A DNA stretch of 51,747 bases from assembly GCA_013115125.1 (NCBI GenBank), contig JABANN010000220.1, forward strand, positions 1 to 51,747, written 5' to 3'. Every line of letters begins with the position of its first letter. Position 1 is the first letter of the stretch. Origin of the DNA: Perkinsus olseni. Its lineage: Eukaryota. Shown here in pieces: positions 12,272 through 24,217 of the stretch. The notes under the pieces are model-generated. The model was not told where the DNA came from, did not search any database, and worked only from the letters and a program-made list of their open reading frames with translations. The position numbers and the translations under genes are program-made.

Positions 12272-13984
12272 TTAGATGCCCTTCACTGTTATGATACAGC
12301 TCTGACCCCAATGGTCGGCAAGCTCCTGCCCGTAGGGCTGACGGAGGACCTGAGACTAATACAAGACGTAATGCACTACAAGACGCGCTTCGCTCCGCTG
12401 TCAGACCATCGTCTAAACCAGTCTACGCAATCACTACCGCAATCACCTCTATTTCGGAACAGTCCACTCGGGCCCACTGAGTACCGTCCAACTCGTCTAA
12501 TGCAAACAGATGATCAACCTGAGAAATGCGGAGTCATTTTCGGGGAGTGTCTTGCTCATAGACGGCCTTACCCGTATAGGATGGACGGGCCAAGGGAACA
12601 GGCTGTTACCGTCCGCGTCTGGCAGCGCCTCTTTTGCCTTATTATGGCGGCTGTGAATCGTGTAGCGATATCTGCGGTCGAAACAGGCTTCCCAGGATTG
12701 GAACCGGGGACCTGCGGGCTACTCCTCGTCGCCATGAACTTCTCGCCATAGATCACGGGTCTTCGCGACACCATCCAACGTCCGAAGTTTTTCGTAATAT
12801 CTGACAATAGTAAAAACGTCTATTCCAGACTCGCTTCGCTCCGCCATCACTCACGGGGAAGTGTCGATTACGTTGAAATCACCACAGATGAGGAAGCCAG
12901 TTCTTTTCGGGTCAATCAGCTGGGCGCCCACGGCCCTGAGGCGAATGAATTCGACAATAATAAGAGTACTCCCTACTCCTCCGTGGCTGTTCTGATGAGA
13001 GCCCGCAGATCCTCAGTGTTCGACTGCCGATGATCGGAGCCTCCTAGGACGTCATAGTGGGAGTTGACCACCATAAGTTTGAGGCCTGTATCAACTCCAC
13101 CTTCCACTAGTTGAAAGCATGTGCATATGCAACCTTGCTGTGTGAAGGGGACGCTGAGGGAGGAGAGCTCAACGGAAGGAGTCCTTCCGAAGGACTAGTC
13201 ATCACTCGAAGGGCGCGAGTTGAACTCGCCGAGTTCGTCAGATCGATACAGCTGGGAAGAAGAGTGGATCGTCGTCCACACATATTGTTCACACTAAGCA
13301 TTGAGTTTTTATCCGGTATTTCATAGTTATTCTGAATGACGACGACCTCTCGACAATAGCATGCGTCCCAACCTCTTAGTTAATGCTCACAATTCATACC
13401 AGCATGGTTGATGTGCACTACGCCAACCTCGCGGAGGGCACCATCAGACCTCCCACCGTAACAGTACGTCAGGACAAGCGCCGGCAGATCGCCTAGCCCT
13501 ACTACCTCTTCCTGTACGTCATCTTCCACCACTTTAATTTCCGCAGTGGTCCTTCCTTCCGCCATGCTTCGTACAACCCACCCGTCTTACCCCAATACAT
13601 ATGCCACCAATCAGTATAATTACATCTGCTACCACTGCTGAGCCCTTCCAGCACTTCATGTGTCTCTCCCACAGCATCATCTATATTGTAAGTGTAGGAC
13701 CCCCAAACCTTAAGAACAGCCCATCACCAGCTCCAACTCCTACTGGCCGTGACTAGCTCGCCTCGCCCACCATCCCTATGGACGGTGCCCCTTACCTCCT
13801 GCAGTAGGGCTAAGTCGTGCTTAGCAGCCATATTGCCAATACCCAGACTCCTTTCCTTTTGCCTGGTGCATCCCCAAAAAATTGGATTAAACGTAAACCC
13901 ATAGGGTATCAGATAGCAGTTTTGGAGGTAAATGCTCACCTCCACAACCGTTGCATCATCGTTCTCTGCTGATGCCGTGGGCAT
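12272..13984 (-). CDS. Endonuclease/exonuclease/phosphatase (EEP) family enzyme, sphingomyelinase-like
   Basis: EEP motifs in order across exons: LQNCYLIP, DLALLQE/VW, LMVVNSHYD, ICGDFN (~12875), LADHWGQ (~12310), then SCIITVKGI*. Confidence 0.8.
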
Positions 13985-14199
13985 AGTACTGATGGGTGAT
14001 TGCCCTCTGATCTACGACCCCCTCACCGTTCATACTACTATTACCCTGATTAGGGCATCACTGGTATCAGCAAGGGTTGGGAAGCTCAAGTCTTTTGACG
14101 CACGATCGATTTATAACACCTCCAACTGAATGAACTCAACAGAAGGACCAGTAGAGGGAGACGATGAGGGAGTGCGGCTTCCCGCCCTTTTCACAATGC

Positions 14200-14796
14200 T
14201 TAGAGCTCTTCTTCTGACGGCTCCACACCCTTGATACTCAGCAACTCGATATTGAAGACAAGAGTAGCACCACCGGGAATAATACCGCCCGCACCGTACT
14301 TGCCATACCTGTGACCAACTTCCACCTCGCAGTCCTGAGCTGCTATATTATTACCCTTTGCCGCTGGGAATTGTAACACGCCAGAGCTCACCAGGGCACA
14401 TGCCGACAAGGCCCTCATCCCAACCCTTGATCACACGACCTGACAACGGTTATCGTACAGCCCTTCCAGGGGCGGCAGCCAAAGCCCTTACCTGCTCCAA
14501 GAGGGATCTCGAAAGGGCGATTCCTGTCCCTGCTGGAGTCAAATTTTTTGCCGTCTTGCAGTGTCCAGCCGGTGTAGTGGACCGAGATCGAATCACCCTT
14601 CTTGGTAGGGCGAGCACACTGCTTCTCAACCAGCTTATCGATGACTGAACTCCATCACTCACTCGACAGTACCGGGACGCGTCCTACCTAGATCAGCGTC
14701 CTCCGGAAGGTTGGCTGCCGGCTCTGGCGCCACATCCTCGGCACCGATGAGGAAGAGGGAGAGGGAGCACACCAATAGAGCAAAAATGGAACGCAT
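14200..14796 (-). CDS. ER-type FKBP peptidyl-prolyl isomerase (FKBP2/13-like)
   Basis: Signal peptide [19 protein letters not shown], then [48 protein letters not shown] and [15 protein letters not shown]-terminal EEEL* is an ER-retrieval-like signal. Confidence 0.93.
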
Positions 14797-15026
14797 GGTG
14801 GTTCTTAACAAACTCTAAAAGAAAGACGAGAGAAGCGCGCTGGCAACCAGACAGGATCCTTGTGGCAGCTGGCAAGGGAGGGCAAGATGAGAATGCTCTC
14901 CTCTAGCGGTGACACACTTTGGAGCAACCGTATGGGGAGCGATGCTGAACCCCTCGTCAACACGACATCGACCTCAGATAGAAACACAGAAAAGAGCGAA
15001 CACCAGTAGCGTTATCACTAAAATAA

Positions 15027-16604
15027 TCACTCAACTAGAAGAACTTTCATAACATTGATAGCTCCGGGTGTTTCCTCCTTCATACCGTGTACGGCTACCA
15101 CCTTTTCACCAACTCTAGCGAAGCCCATCTGCTTAGCATGTTCCAGCGCATTATGGATGACCCTGTCGGAACCCTGGAAGGAGGGGACTTGAAGAGCCCT
15201 AACACCGCGGACCACACTCAAAGATCTCATCGTCGACAAAGATGCCGACAAAGCTAGAATGGGTTGTGAGGGGCGGTACTTAGCCAAGAGGCGGGCTGTG
15301 GCGCCCGTTTCTGTAATAGCAATTATTAGACCGCAGTTTGTCTCAGCTGCAAGATCAACGGCGGCTGAGCAGACGGCCTCTGATGTAGAGAGCCCAGAGG
15401 GGCTATGATTGAGGACACGGCTACGAATTCTCAAGAATAAGGAGTCGTAGTCGATGGACTTCTCGGCGCTCTCGCAGATGCGACGTTGAATGTTAACGGC
15501 TTCAACAGGGAACTTACCACCAGCGGTCTCACCGGAAAGCATGACAGCATCGGTACCATCGAGGACGGCGTTGGCGACATCACTGACCTCGGCACGAGTG
15601 GGCCTGGGGTTCTCGATCATGGACTCGAGCATCTGGGTGGCGGTGATGACGGGCTTGCCAGCGAGGTTGCAGCGGGCAGTCATCATCTTCTGGGCGAGGA
15701 AAACCTTCTCAGGAGGCATCTCCATACCGAGATCACCACGAGCGATCATGATGGCATCGGAAGCCTCGAGGATATCATCGAAGTTCCTGAGACCCTCAGT
15801 GCTCTCGATCTTGGAGATGATCTGAACATTACGACCACGACTCCCCAAAATCTTCCGCAGTCCACGGATATCATCACCGTGCTGCACGAAGGAGACAGCG
15901 ATGAAGTTGATGCCGTTAGGAAGACCCCAGTTGAGGATATCGTTGGCCTCCTTCTCACCGATGCAGGGAAGGTCAACTCTGACGCCGGGGAGGTTCATGT
16001 TCTTACGCTCACCGATGATAGCGTGGTTCAAGACACGAGTCTTGACGCTGTCCTCGTAGCACTCAACGACCTGCAGATTAACCGTACCATCAGCCATGAG
16101 GATGATAGAGCCGGGCTTGACACTCTGGGGGAGCTTCTCGTAGGTGCAGGCAATCTTGTGGGCATCACCCTTGAAGGAGTAATCAGTGGTGAGGATCAAG
16201 TCCTGACCGGCCTCGAGCTCGACCTTGCCACCAGCGGCGAAAAAACCCGAACGGATCTCAGGTCCCTTGGTATCGAGTAGAATGGAGACGTCCCTGTTTG
16301 GCCGCTCCCTGAGTGCATCCCTCAGATTCCTCAAAGTCCGACTATGAGTATCAAAGTCACCATGAGAGAAGTTGAACCTCGCCACGTTTAAGCCCTGATC
16401 AATCATCTTAACCAAAGTATCAACATCCCAGCATGATGGGCCCATAGTGCAGACGAGCTTGGTCTTCCTCTGAAAGGAGTCTTGTTCCTCCAGTCCACCA
16501 CCCCAAGTGGCAAGCTCAGCCATATCATCAGGTACAGCTATATGGGCCTCACCAATCACTCCACAGCCATCGATACGTCGACCTGTAAAACCGTGGTCCG
16601 GCAT
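15027..16604 (-). CDS. PYK: Pyruvate kinase, array copy 1 (intronless, 525 aa)
   Basis: Motifs CTMGP, NFSHG, DTKGPEIR, KIE, IARGDLGME, TATQMLESM, PTRAE..DVANAVLDG, MLSGE. Confidence 0.98.
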   Translation of the reverse strand: MPDHGFTGRRIDGCGVIGEAHIAVPDDMAELATWGGGLEEQDSFQRKTKLVCTMGPSCWDVDTLVKMIDQGLNVARFNFSHGDFDTHSRTLRNLRDALRERPNRDVSILLDTKGPEIRSGFFAAGGKVELEAGQDLILTTDYSFKGDAHKIACTYEKLPQSVKPGSIILMADGTVNLQVVECYEDSVKTRVLNHAIIGERKNMNLPGVRVDLPCIGEKEANDILNWGLPNGINFIAVSFVQHGDDIRGLRKILGSRGRNVQIISKIESTEGLRNFDDILEASDAIMIARGDLGMEMPPEKVFLAQKMMTARCNLAGKPVITATQMLESMIENPRPTRAEVSDVANAVLDGTDAVMLSGETAGGKFPVEAVNIQRRICESAEKSIDYDSLFLRIRSRVLNHSPSGLSTSEAVCSAAVDLAAETNCGLIIAITETGATARLLAKYRPSQPILALSASLSTMRSLSVVRGVRALQVPSFQGSDRVIHNALEHAKQMGFARVGEKVVAVHGMKEETPGAINVMKVLLVE

Positions 16605-16992
16605 TATAAGATGATATTAGAAAAACAAATACAAACTGTTCGAGGCCAAATCGAAGTGCCTGAGTGCTCTCTAGACGTCTTTCACCCATTTTCATCTGCC
16701 ACGCGACGCCAGACTAGCATCATCCGTTTTGTGACAGTACTGTCCCCTAATGCTACGCCATGAGTTAGCCTCACAGCTATAGTGTGCAGTGACCGATAGA
16801 CTCCAACTCGACAACAAAACAGACACTTAGCATTCTCTACAAGCATAAGCCTTTGGATAATAACAACAGTTGTGGTATGATAGTAGTTAGGTAGCCCCGT
16901 AGCAGTAGCAGTGACATCATGGGTAATCAAATGATGATAAGTCCGGTGGCTGTGAAAGGTAGTCATCTAACGTGTAATATCGTCTACACTAT

Positions 16993-18564
16993 CTACTCCA
17001 CAGGGAGAACTTTAACCAGGTTAGTGGCACCAGCAGTCTCCTCTTTCATGCCGTGAACAGCAACAACCTTATCGCCTGTCTTCACTAGTCCCACCTCCTT
17101 ACCATAGTTTATAGCGCTTTGAATGATATGGTCGGTCCCTTGGAAGGATGGTACCTTGAGTGAAATGACACCACGGATAGCACAGAGATGCTTAACGGTA
17201 GAATCAGCGGCAGCAAGGGCGAGGACTTGGACACCAGGGCGGTACTTAGCGAGCAGACGAGCAGTACTGCCAGTCTCAGTGAGGGAAATGATCAATGAGG
17301 CTTTCACCTCACCAGCAAGTTCAACAGCTGCGGAGCATACAGATTCCACGACCGAGAGACCCTGGGGGTTGGCATTCATGACAGCTTCACGGATGCGGAG
17401 GAAGAGCGTCTCGTAGTCGATAACGGCTTCAGCCTCCTCACAGATACGACGCTGGATGGAGATGGCGTTAATAGGGAAGCTGCCGCCAGCCGACTCGCCG
17501 GAGAGCATGACACCGTCGGTGCCGTCAAGGACAGCATTGGCGACATCACTGGCCTCAGCACGGGTAGGTCTAGGATTCGTGATCATAGACTCGAGCATCT
17601 GGGTGGCGGTGATGACGGGCTTACCACGGAGGTTACAACGAGCCATCATCATCTTCTGGGCGAGGAAGACCTTCTCGGGAGGGATCTCCATGCCGAGATC
17701 ACCACGAGCAATCATGATGCCATCGGAGGCCTCAAGGATGTCATCGAAGTTCTTCAGCCCTTCTTCGTTCTCGATCTTGGAAATGAGATGGACGTTTCTT
17801 CCACGTTCGCCCATCAGCTTGCGGAGCCCACGGATATCATCACCGTGCTGGACGAAGGAGACAGCGATGAAGTTGATGCCGTTGGGAAGACCCCAGTTGA
17901 GGATATCGTTGGCCTCCTTCTCACCGATACAGGGAAGGTCTACCTTGACACCAGGGAGGTTCATGTTCTTACGCTCGCCGATGGCCGCGTTATTCATGAC
18001 GCGAGTCTTCACCCCATCCTCGTAGCACTCAAGGACCTTCAAACTAACCGTACCATCAGCCATGAGGATGGTAGAGCCGGGCTTAACACTTTGAGGTAGC
18101 TTGGGGTAGCTGCAGGCAATCTTACTAGCGTCACCCTTGAAACCGTAGTCAGTTGTCAGAGTCAGATCTTGACCAGCTTGCAGCTGGACCTTGCCGCCTG
18201 CAGCGAAGAAGCCCGAACGGATCTCGGGTCCCTTGGTGTCAAGCAAAACGGCGACCTCCTTCCCAGGGCGTTGCTTCAGGGCAGTCCTCAGGTTCTTGAG
18301 GGTGTTGGCGTGGGTTTCGAAATCACCATGAGAGAAGTTGAACCTCGCAATGTTCAAGCCCTGATCAATCATCTTAACCAAAGTATCAACATCCCAGCAT
18401 GATGGGCCCATAGTGCAGATGAGCTTTGTCTTCCTCTGCAGGGAGTCGGCAGCACCGCCATCCCAGGCAGATATCTTGGACATATCATCAGATATAGCGA
18501 TGGCAGCCTGACCGAGGACGGCATATCCCTCCACCTTACGCCCACTGAAGGCTTGGTAGGACAT
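16993..18564 (-). CDS. PYK: Pyruvate kinase, array copy 2 (intronless, 523 aa)
   Basis: Full PK motif set in an uninterrupted ORF. Confidence 0.98.
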   Translation of the reverse strand: MSYQAFSGRKVEGYAVLGQAAIAISDDMSKISAWDGGAADSLQRKTKLICTMGPSCWDVDTLVKMIDQGLNIARFNFSHGDFETHANTLKNLRTALKQRPGKEVAVLLDTKGPEIRSGFFAAGGKVQLQAGQDLTLTTDYGFKGDASKIACSYPKLPQSVKPGSTILMADGTVSLKVLECYEDGVKTRVMNNAAIGERKNMNLPGVKVDLPCIGEKEANDILNWGLPNGINFIAVSFVQHGDDIRGLRKLMGERGRNVHLISKIENEEGLKNFDDILEASDGIMIARGDLGMEIPPEKVFLAQKMMMARCNLRGKPVITATQMLESMITNPRPTRAEASDVANAVLDGTDGVMLSGESAGGSFPINAISIQRRICEEAEAVIDYETLFLRIREAVMNANPQGLSVVESVCSAAVELAGEVKASLIISLTETGSTARLLAKYRPGVQVLALAAADSTVKHLCAIRGVISLKVPSFQGTDHIIQSAINYGKEVGLVKTGDKVVAVHGMKEETAGATNLVKVLPVE

Positions 18565-19130
18565 TTACGTGATTTCGAAGGCGATAAGGAGGCTGCACGA
18601 GATGACCTGCGCCCGCGATTCGGTCCTCCGCCTCACAATCACAGTGCCGGTCATCTATTGGAAACTTCAAGAGACCATCACGACTGACCCCACAGCGCAG
18701 ATCGAGCGTAGCACGCCTGTACACAGTCCGCCCATAGCGGGGCTTGCGCAACAAGCAACAGAGTGCCTTCGAGTGGATTGACCTACGATCAACGTTGATA
18801 ACTTCCTTTGGCCTGCATGATTGAACAAAGCGTAGCAGCACTCATTCTACATGGGTATGGTCACGCAGCGAGTTGCATGCATTATGTGGAAGCAAATGGA
18901 TTGAGATTTGCACGCATGCACATTGTGAGTATAAATTCCGGCGGCCCGAACTCCCCCGCGGGGGGAATACGGCTCCGTCGCAGTACTTACTGCATCAGCG
19001 GATCACTATCAGCTTGACCCCAGTGATACTGTTGATACCACTGGGCATACGAATAACGTTTGGTGTGGTACCAGACTGATGATAAAATCCTAACATTTGA
19101 TCGACAAGAAGAAGTTGACGTTGACTCAGA

Positions 19131-19415
19131 CACCTCACAGCGTCGTCGTCGTCCTNNNNNNNNNNNNNNNNNNNNNNNNNNNNNNNNNNNNNNNNNNNNN
19201 NNNNNNNNNNNNNNNNNNNNNNNNNNNNNNNNNNNNNNNNNNNNNNNNNNNNCGTCGTCCTCCGTATCGGCATCACCTCACAGCGTCGTCGTCGTCGTCG
19301 TCGGCCTCCGTATCGGCATCACCTCACAGCGTCGTCGTCGTCGTCGGCCTCCGTATCGGCATCACCTCACAGCGTCGTCGTCGTCGTCGTCGGCCTCCGT
19401 ATCGGCATCACCTCA
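19131..19415. repeat. ~43-46 bp minisatellite CACCTCACAGC(GTC)nGGCCTCCGTATCGGCAT spanning an assembly gap (Ns at 19156-19252)
   Basis: At least three full units right of the gap and a partial unit left of it. The GTC copy number varies between units. Confidence 0.92.
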
Positions 19416-19792
19416 GTGATTCTGCCAACACATTTTCGCGAATTTTCAGCGTTGCTACGATTCTCGAAATTTCAACTCTAAAAATTCGTGAGGGGTGGGC
19501 GGGCCCCTGTCAAGTCGACACTCTGTAGATCACTAACACGAGCATCCACCTTTAATGTGTCCTCCAGCATTCCTCGCACAATAAGATCCTGCAATGGAGC
19601 TGGCCACACCCTTGGCAGACTACGGGAATGCTACTGACAACACAACAAGATGTCACTATAGGCAACACAGCGGAGTAACCGACTGCTGAGCCAATTGGCT
19701 AACTGTTACGCCAAAATGCACCACAATAAGTGGAATGATGAAGTTTTGATTACAGTAGGAGATAACTCACGGTAGACTGCAACGTTTGCTAT

Positions 19793-21361
19793 TTACTCGA
19801 CATTGACAACCTCCATCATGTTGGTGGCACCGGCGGTGTTCTCCTTGATACCATGAACGGCAACAACCTTATCACCAGCCTTCACGAGACCAACAGACTT
19901 GGCGTACTCGAGAGCCTTGGCGACGACAGCCTCGGTATCCTTAAAGGACTCAACCTGGAAGGGGAGGATGCCACGGGCGACGGCAGTGTGGGCGACGGTG
20001 TGCTCGTTATCAGTGACGCACAAGATCTGCTGACGAGGACGGTACTTGCCCAAGAGACGAGAAGTAGAGCCAGTCTGGCTGAGGGCGAGGATGAGGGAGG
20101 CGTTGACCTCGGAGGCGAGAGCAACGGCGTTGGAGCAGATAGACTCGGCAACGGGGAGACCCTCGGGGTGCTTGTTCATGACGGCCTCGCGGATGCGGAG
20201 GTAAAGGGAGTCGTAGTCGATGACAGACTCCGCGCTCTCGCAGATGCGACGCTGGATGGAGATGGCGTTCACGGGGAACTTACCGTTAGCAGCTTCACCA
20301 GAAAGCATGACACCATCGGTACCGTCGAGGACGGCGTCGGCGACATCACTGACCTCGGCACGAGTGGGCCTGGGGTTCTCGATCATGGACTCGAGCATCT
20401 GGGTAGCGGTGATGACGGGCTTGCCTGCGAGGTTGCAGCGGGCAGTCATCATCTTCTGGGCGAGGAAGACCTTCTCAGGGGGCATCTCCATACCGAGATC
20501 ACCACGAGCGATCATGATGGCATCGGAAGCCTCGAGGATATCATCGAAGTTCCTGAGACCCTCAGTGCTCTCGATCTTGGAGATGATCTGGACGTTCTTA
20601 CCGGCCTCACCCATCAACTTGCGGAGACCACGGATATCATCACCGTGCTGGACGAAAGAAGCGGAGATGAAATCGATTCCGTTGGGAAGACCCCAGTTGA
20701 GGATATCGTTAGCCTCCTTCTCACCGATGCAAGGAAGGTCAACTCTGACGCCGGGGAGGTTCATGTTCTTACGCTCACCGATGATAGCGTGGTTCAAGAC
20801 ACGAGTCTTGACGCTGTCCTCGTAGCACTCAACGACCTGCAGATTAACCGTACCATCAGCCATGAGGATGATAGAGCCCGGCTTGACACTCTGGGGGAGC
20901 TTCTCGTAGGTGCAGGCAATCTTGTGGGCATCACCCTTGAAGGAGTAATCAGTGGTGAGGATCAAGTCCTGACCGGCCTCGAGCTCGACCTTGCCACCAG
21001 CGGCGAAGAAACCCGAACGGATCTCAGGTCCCTTGGTATCAAGCATGACGGCGACGTGCTTGCCGGGGCACTGCTTGAGGGCCTCCTTGAGGTTGGCGAG
21101 GCACTTGCTGTGGCTCTCGAAGTCACCGTGGGAGAAGTTGAACCTGGCGATGTTAAGGCCCTGGTTGATCATCTTGACCAAAGTCTCGACATCCCAATCG
21201 GAGGGGCCCATAGTGCAGGTAAGAGTGGTCTTACGGGTGATGGGGTCACAGCTGGAACCATCCCAGGAAGCGAGATCAGCCATCTGGTCAGTGATGGAGA
21301 CGGCGGCCTGGCCGATGACACCGTGGTCCTTCATGGAGCGTCCGCTGAAACCGTGAGACAT
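19793..21361 (-). CDS. PYK: Pyruvate kinase, array copy 3 (intronless, 522 aa)
   Basis: Full PK motif set, nearly identical to copy 4. Reads DVADAV instead of DVANAV. Confidence 0.98.
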   Translation of the reverse strand: MSHGFSGRSMKDHGVIGQAAVSITDQMADLASWDGSSCDPITRKTTLTCTMGPSDWDVETLVKMINQGLNIARFNFSHGDFESHSKCLANLKEALKQCPGKHVAVMLDTKGPEIRSGFFAAGGKVELEAGQDLILTTDYSFKGDAHKIACTYEKLPQSVKPGSIILMADGTVNLQVVECYEDSVKTRVLNHAIIGERKNMNLPGVRVDLPCIGEKEANDILNWGLPNGIDFISASFVQHGDDIRGLRKLMGEAGKNVQIISKIESTEGLRNFDDILEASDAIMIARGDLGMEMPPEKVFLAQKMMTARCNLAGKPVITATQMLESMIENPRPTRAEVSDVADAVLDGTDGVMLSGEAANGKFPVNAISIQRRICESAESVIDYDSLYLRIREAVMNKHPEGLPVAESICSNAVALASEVNASLILALSQTGSTSRLLGKYRPRQQILCVTDNEHTVAHTAVARGILPFQVESFKDTEAVVAKALEYAKSVGLVKAGDKVVAVHGIKENTAGATNMMEVVNVE

Positions 21362-22648
21362 TCTTTATTCGGAAAAATGAACTGCAAGCGAGCCGATTCG
21401 TAGAACCATAACAGCAGAATCTAAGCCGAGCTACGATTATAGTCATGACAAATCGACTGACATCAGTCAGAAAATGATGATCCCAAGAGACACTGGTGGG
21501 TCACTGAATGATTATCGGCGTAGGTGAAGCGCTGAACACTGCGCAGCTACATCGACGAGCACACAAATGATCTGTCCCAAAGCTCTGTCCCTCTCTGATA
21601 GGTCCATGGTGCTCCGAGAGGGGCAAGAAATCCGACAAGGGGCCGGATCGCGACATGACAGCATTCCTTGGAGGCCGGCCTCCAAATACGCCCTCTTTCC
21701 ATGGGGCGTGTTATTAGTCGGGCCAATGCTGTCATCATCTAACTCGATGGGAACTCCGATGTACTTTTGGTGGATATTGCCTCCGATTTAGCGTCAGAGA
21801 ACTGCCCCTGAGCCTGCATACTCACAGCGGCCCTCGACAACGTGTTGCGATGTTATGAGAGACTCTGTAGGCTTCCAGTGACTTGTTAGGGCTGCGATTC
21901 CGATCAGCTATTGCGACCCCGGTTGACCGATACTCGGAATCGAGCCCCAGCCCTCCAATTCGGAATGAAAATACTATCATCAAGATTTACTCCGATAACT
22001 GATGGATTTTCGATTGGTAAATCACTGACACACAGAATTGCATCGACAAGCCAACTATCGTTTCACTATCGAGGGGCTGCCTCAATTAGCTCCACACCAT
22101 CCCACTGGATACGTCCGGCCGAGGACCATTACAGTGGATCCAAACAGGCCCGTCCCCCTGTTAACGCTGAGTCACTACGAACCTGTCCGTAGTCACCCGA
22201 TGAAAACTTCCCCAATCCATCCTCTTCACTATCCGCCACCGAAGATGCGACTGGGGTAAAGGTGAGTAACAGTACTCACCGTGAGTATATACAGTTTGTT
22301 ACGGATACAATGCAACATGAAGAATGCGGCCACTATGCCACGTGGTGCGAAAACGGCGGTCAAATAGAGTTTAACAAGTCCTGAGCCCGCTTCTGAGTGC
22401 TGTTGCCACTTGGTATAGCAGCCTCATTCCTATCATTATGATTAAGACAACTTTCGAGTGTAGCTGATGACTAGCTCAACACGTTGGCATGATGCAAGAA
22501 ACGGAATAACCGATATATTATTTGCCTACAGGCAGCAGCACAGCTCCGACTATTACGTTAGTGGAGCACAACTATTGTGCTCGATTGTCCAAAAAGACAG
22601 TGGTTCAATCGATAAGAAGAAAGAGGAATGGTTTTTGAAGAGAGTAAC

Positions 22649-24217
22649 TTACTCAACATTGACAACCTCCATCATGTTGGTGGCACCGGCGGCGTTCTCC
22701 TTGATACCGTGAACGGCAACAACCTTATCACCAGCCTTCACGAGACCAACAGACTTGGCGTACTCGAGAGCCTTGGCGATGACAGCCTCGGTATCCTTAA
22801 GGGACTCAACCTGGAAGGGGAGGATGCCACGGGCGACGGCAGTGTGGGCGACGGTGTGCTCGTTATCAGTGACGCACAAGATCTGCTGACGAGGACGGTA
22901 CTTGCCCAAGAGACGAGAAGTAGAGCCAGTCTGGCTGAGGGCGAGGATGAGGGAGGCGTTGACCTCGGAGGCGAGAGCAACGGCGTTGGAGCAGATAGAC
23001 TCGGCAACGGGGAGACCCTCGGGGTGCTTGTTCATGACGGCCTCGCGGATGCGGAGGTAAAGGGAGTCGTAGTCGATGACAGACTCCGCGCTCTCGCAGA
23101 TGCGACGCTGGATGGAGATGGCGTTCACGGGGAACTTACCGCTGGCGGCCTCACCAGAAAGCATGACACCATCGGTACCATCGAGGACGGCGTTGGCGAC
23201 ATCACTGACCTCGGCACGAGTGGGCCTGGGGTTCTCGATCATGGACTCGAGCATCTGGGTGGCGGTGATGACGGGCTTGCCAGCGAGGTTGCAGCGAGCA
23301 GTCATCATCTTCTGGGCGAGGAAGACCTTCTCAGGGGGCATCTCCATACCGAGATCACCACGAGCGATCATGATGGCATCGGAAGCCTCGAGGATATCAT
23401 CGAAGTTCCTGAGACCCTCAGTGCTCTCGATCTTGGAGATGATCTGGACGTTCTTACCGGCCTCACCCATCAACTTGCGGAGACCACGGATATCATCACC
23501 GTGCTGGACGAAAGAAGCGGAGATGAAATCGATTCCGTTGGGAAGACCCCAGTTGAGGATATCGTTAGCCTCCTTCTCACCGATGCACGGAAGGTCAACC
23601 CTGACGCCGGGGAGGTTCATGTTCTTACGCTCACCGATGATAGCGTGGTTCAAGACACGAGTCTTGACGCTGTCCTCGTAGCACTCAACGACCTGCAGGT
23701 TAACCGTACCATCAGCCATGAGGATGATAGAGCCGGGCTTGACACTCTGGGGGAGCTTCTCGTAGGTGCAGGCAATCTTGTGGGCATCACCCTTGAAGGA
23801 GTAATCAGTGGTGAGGATCAAGTCCTGACCGGCCTCGAGCTCGACCTTGCCACCAGCGGCGAAGAAACCCGAACGGATCTCAGGTCCCTTGGTATCGAGC
23901 ATGACGGCGACGTGCTTGCCGGGGCACTGCTTGAGAGCCTCCTTGAGGTTGGCGAGGCACTTGCTGTGGCTCTCGAAGTCACCGTGGGAGAAGTTGAACC
24001 TGGCGATGTTAAGGCCCTGGTTGATCATCTTGACCAAAGTCTCGACATCCCAATCGGAGGGGCCCATAGTGCAGGTAAGAGTGGTCTTACGGGTGATGGG
24101 GTCACAGCTGGAACCATCCCAGGCAGCGAGGTCAGCCATCTGGTCAGTGATGGAGACGGCGGCCTGGCCGAGGACACCGTGGTCCTTGATGGAGCGTCCG
24201 CTGAAGCCGTGAGACAT
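22649..24217 (-). CDS. PYK: Pyruvate kinase, array copy 4 (intronless, 522 aa)
   Basis: Full PK motif set with strongly biased codon use. Confidence 0.98.
   Translation of the reverse strand: MSHGFSGRSIKDHGVLGQAAVSITDQMADLAAWDGSSCDPITRKTTLTCTMGPSDWDVETLVKMINQGLNIARFNFSHGDFESHSKCLANLKEALKQCPGKHVAVMLDTKGPEIRSGFFAAGGKVELEAGQDLILTTDYSFKGDAHKIACTYEKLPQSVKPGSIILMADGTVNLQVVECYEDSVKTRVLNHAIIGERKNMNLPGVRVDLPCIGEKEANDILNWGLPNGIDFISASFVQHGDDIRGLRKLMGEAGKNVQIISKIESTEGLRNFDDILEASDAIMIARGDLGMEMPPEKVFLAQKMMTARCNLAGKPVITATQMLESMIENPRPTRAEVSDVANAVLDGTDGVMLSGEAASGKFPVNAISIQRRICESAESVIDYDSLYLRIREAVMNKHPEGLPVAESICSNAVALASEVNASLILALSQTGSTSRLLGKYRPRQQILCVTDNEHTVAHTAVARGILPFQVESLKDTEAVIAKALEYAKSVGLVKAGDKVVAVHGIKENAAGATNMMEVVNVE

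Noticed and set aside
19131-19415. Repeat array as a CRISPR candidate
   Set aside because: The units abut with no unique spacers, the context is eukaryotic and there are no cas genes.
19685-19704. TAGCCAATTGGCTCAG (minus strand), a possible relic spliced leader in the PK array
   Set aside because: It is a short palindrome needing gaps to align, located in the 3' flank of copy 3 rather than just upstream of a start codon. No convincing leader relic was found before any intronless copy.
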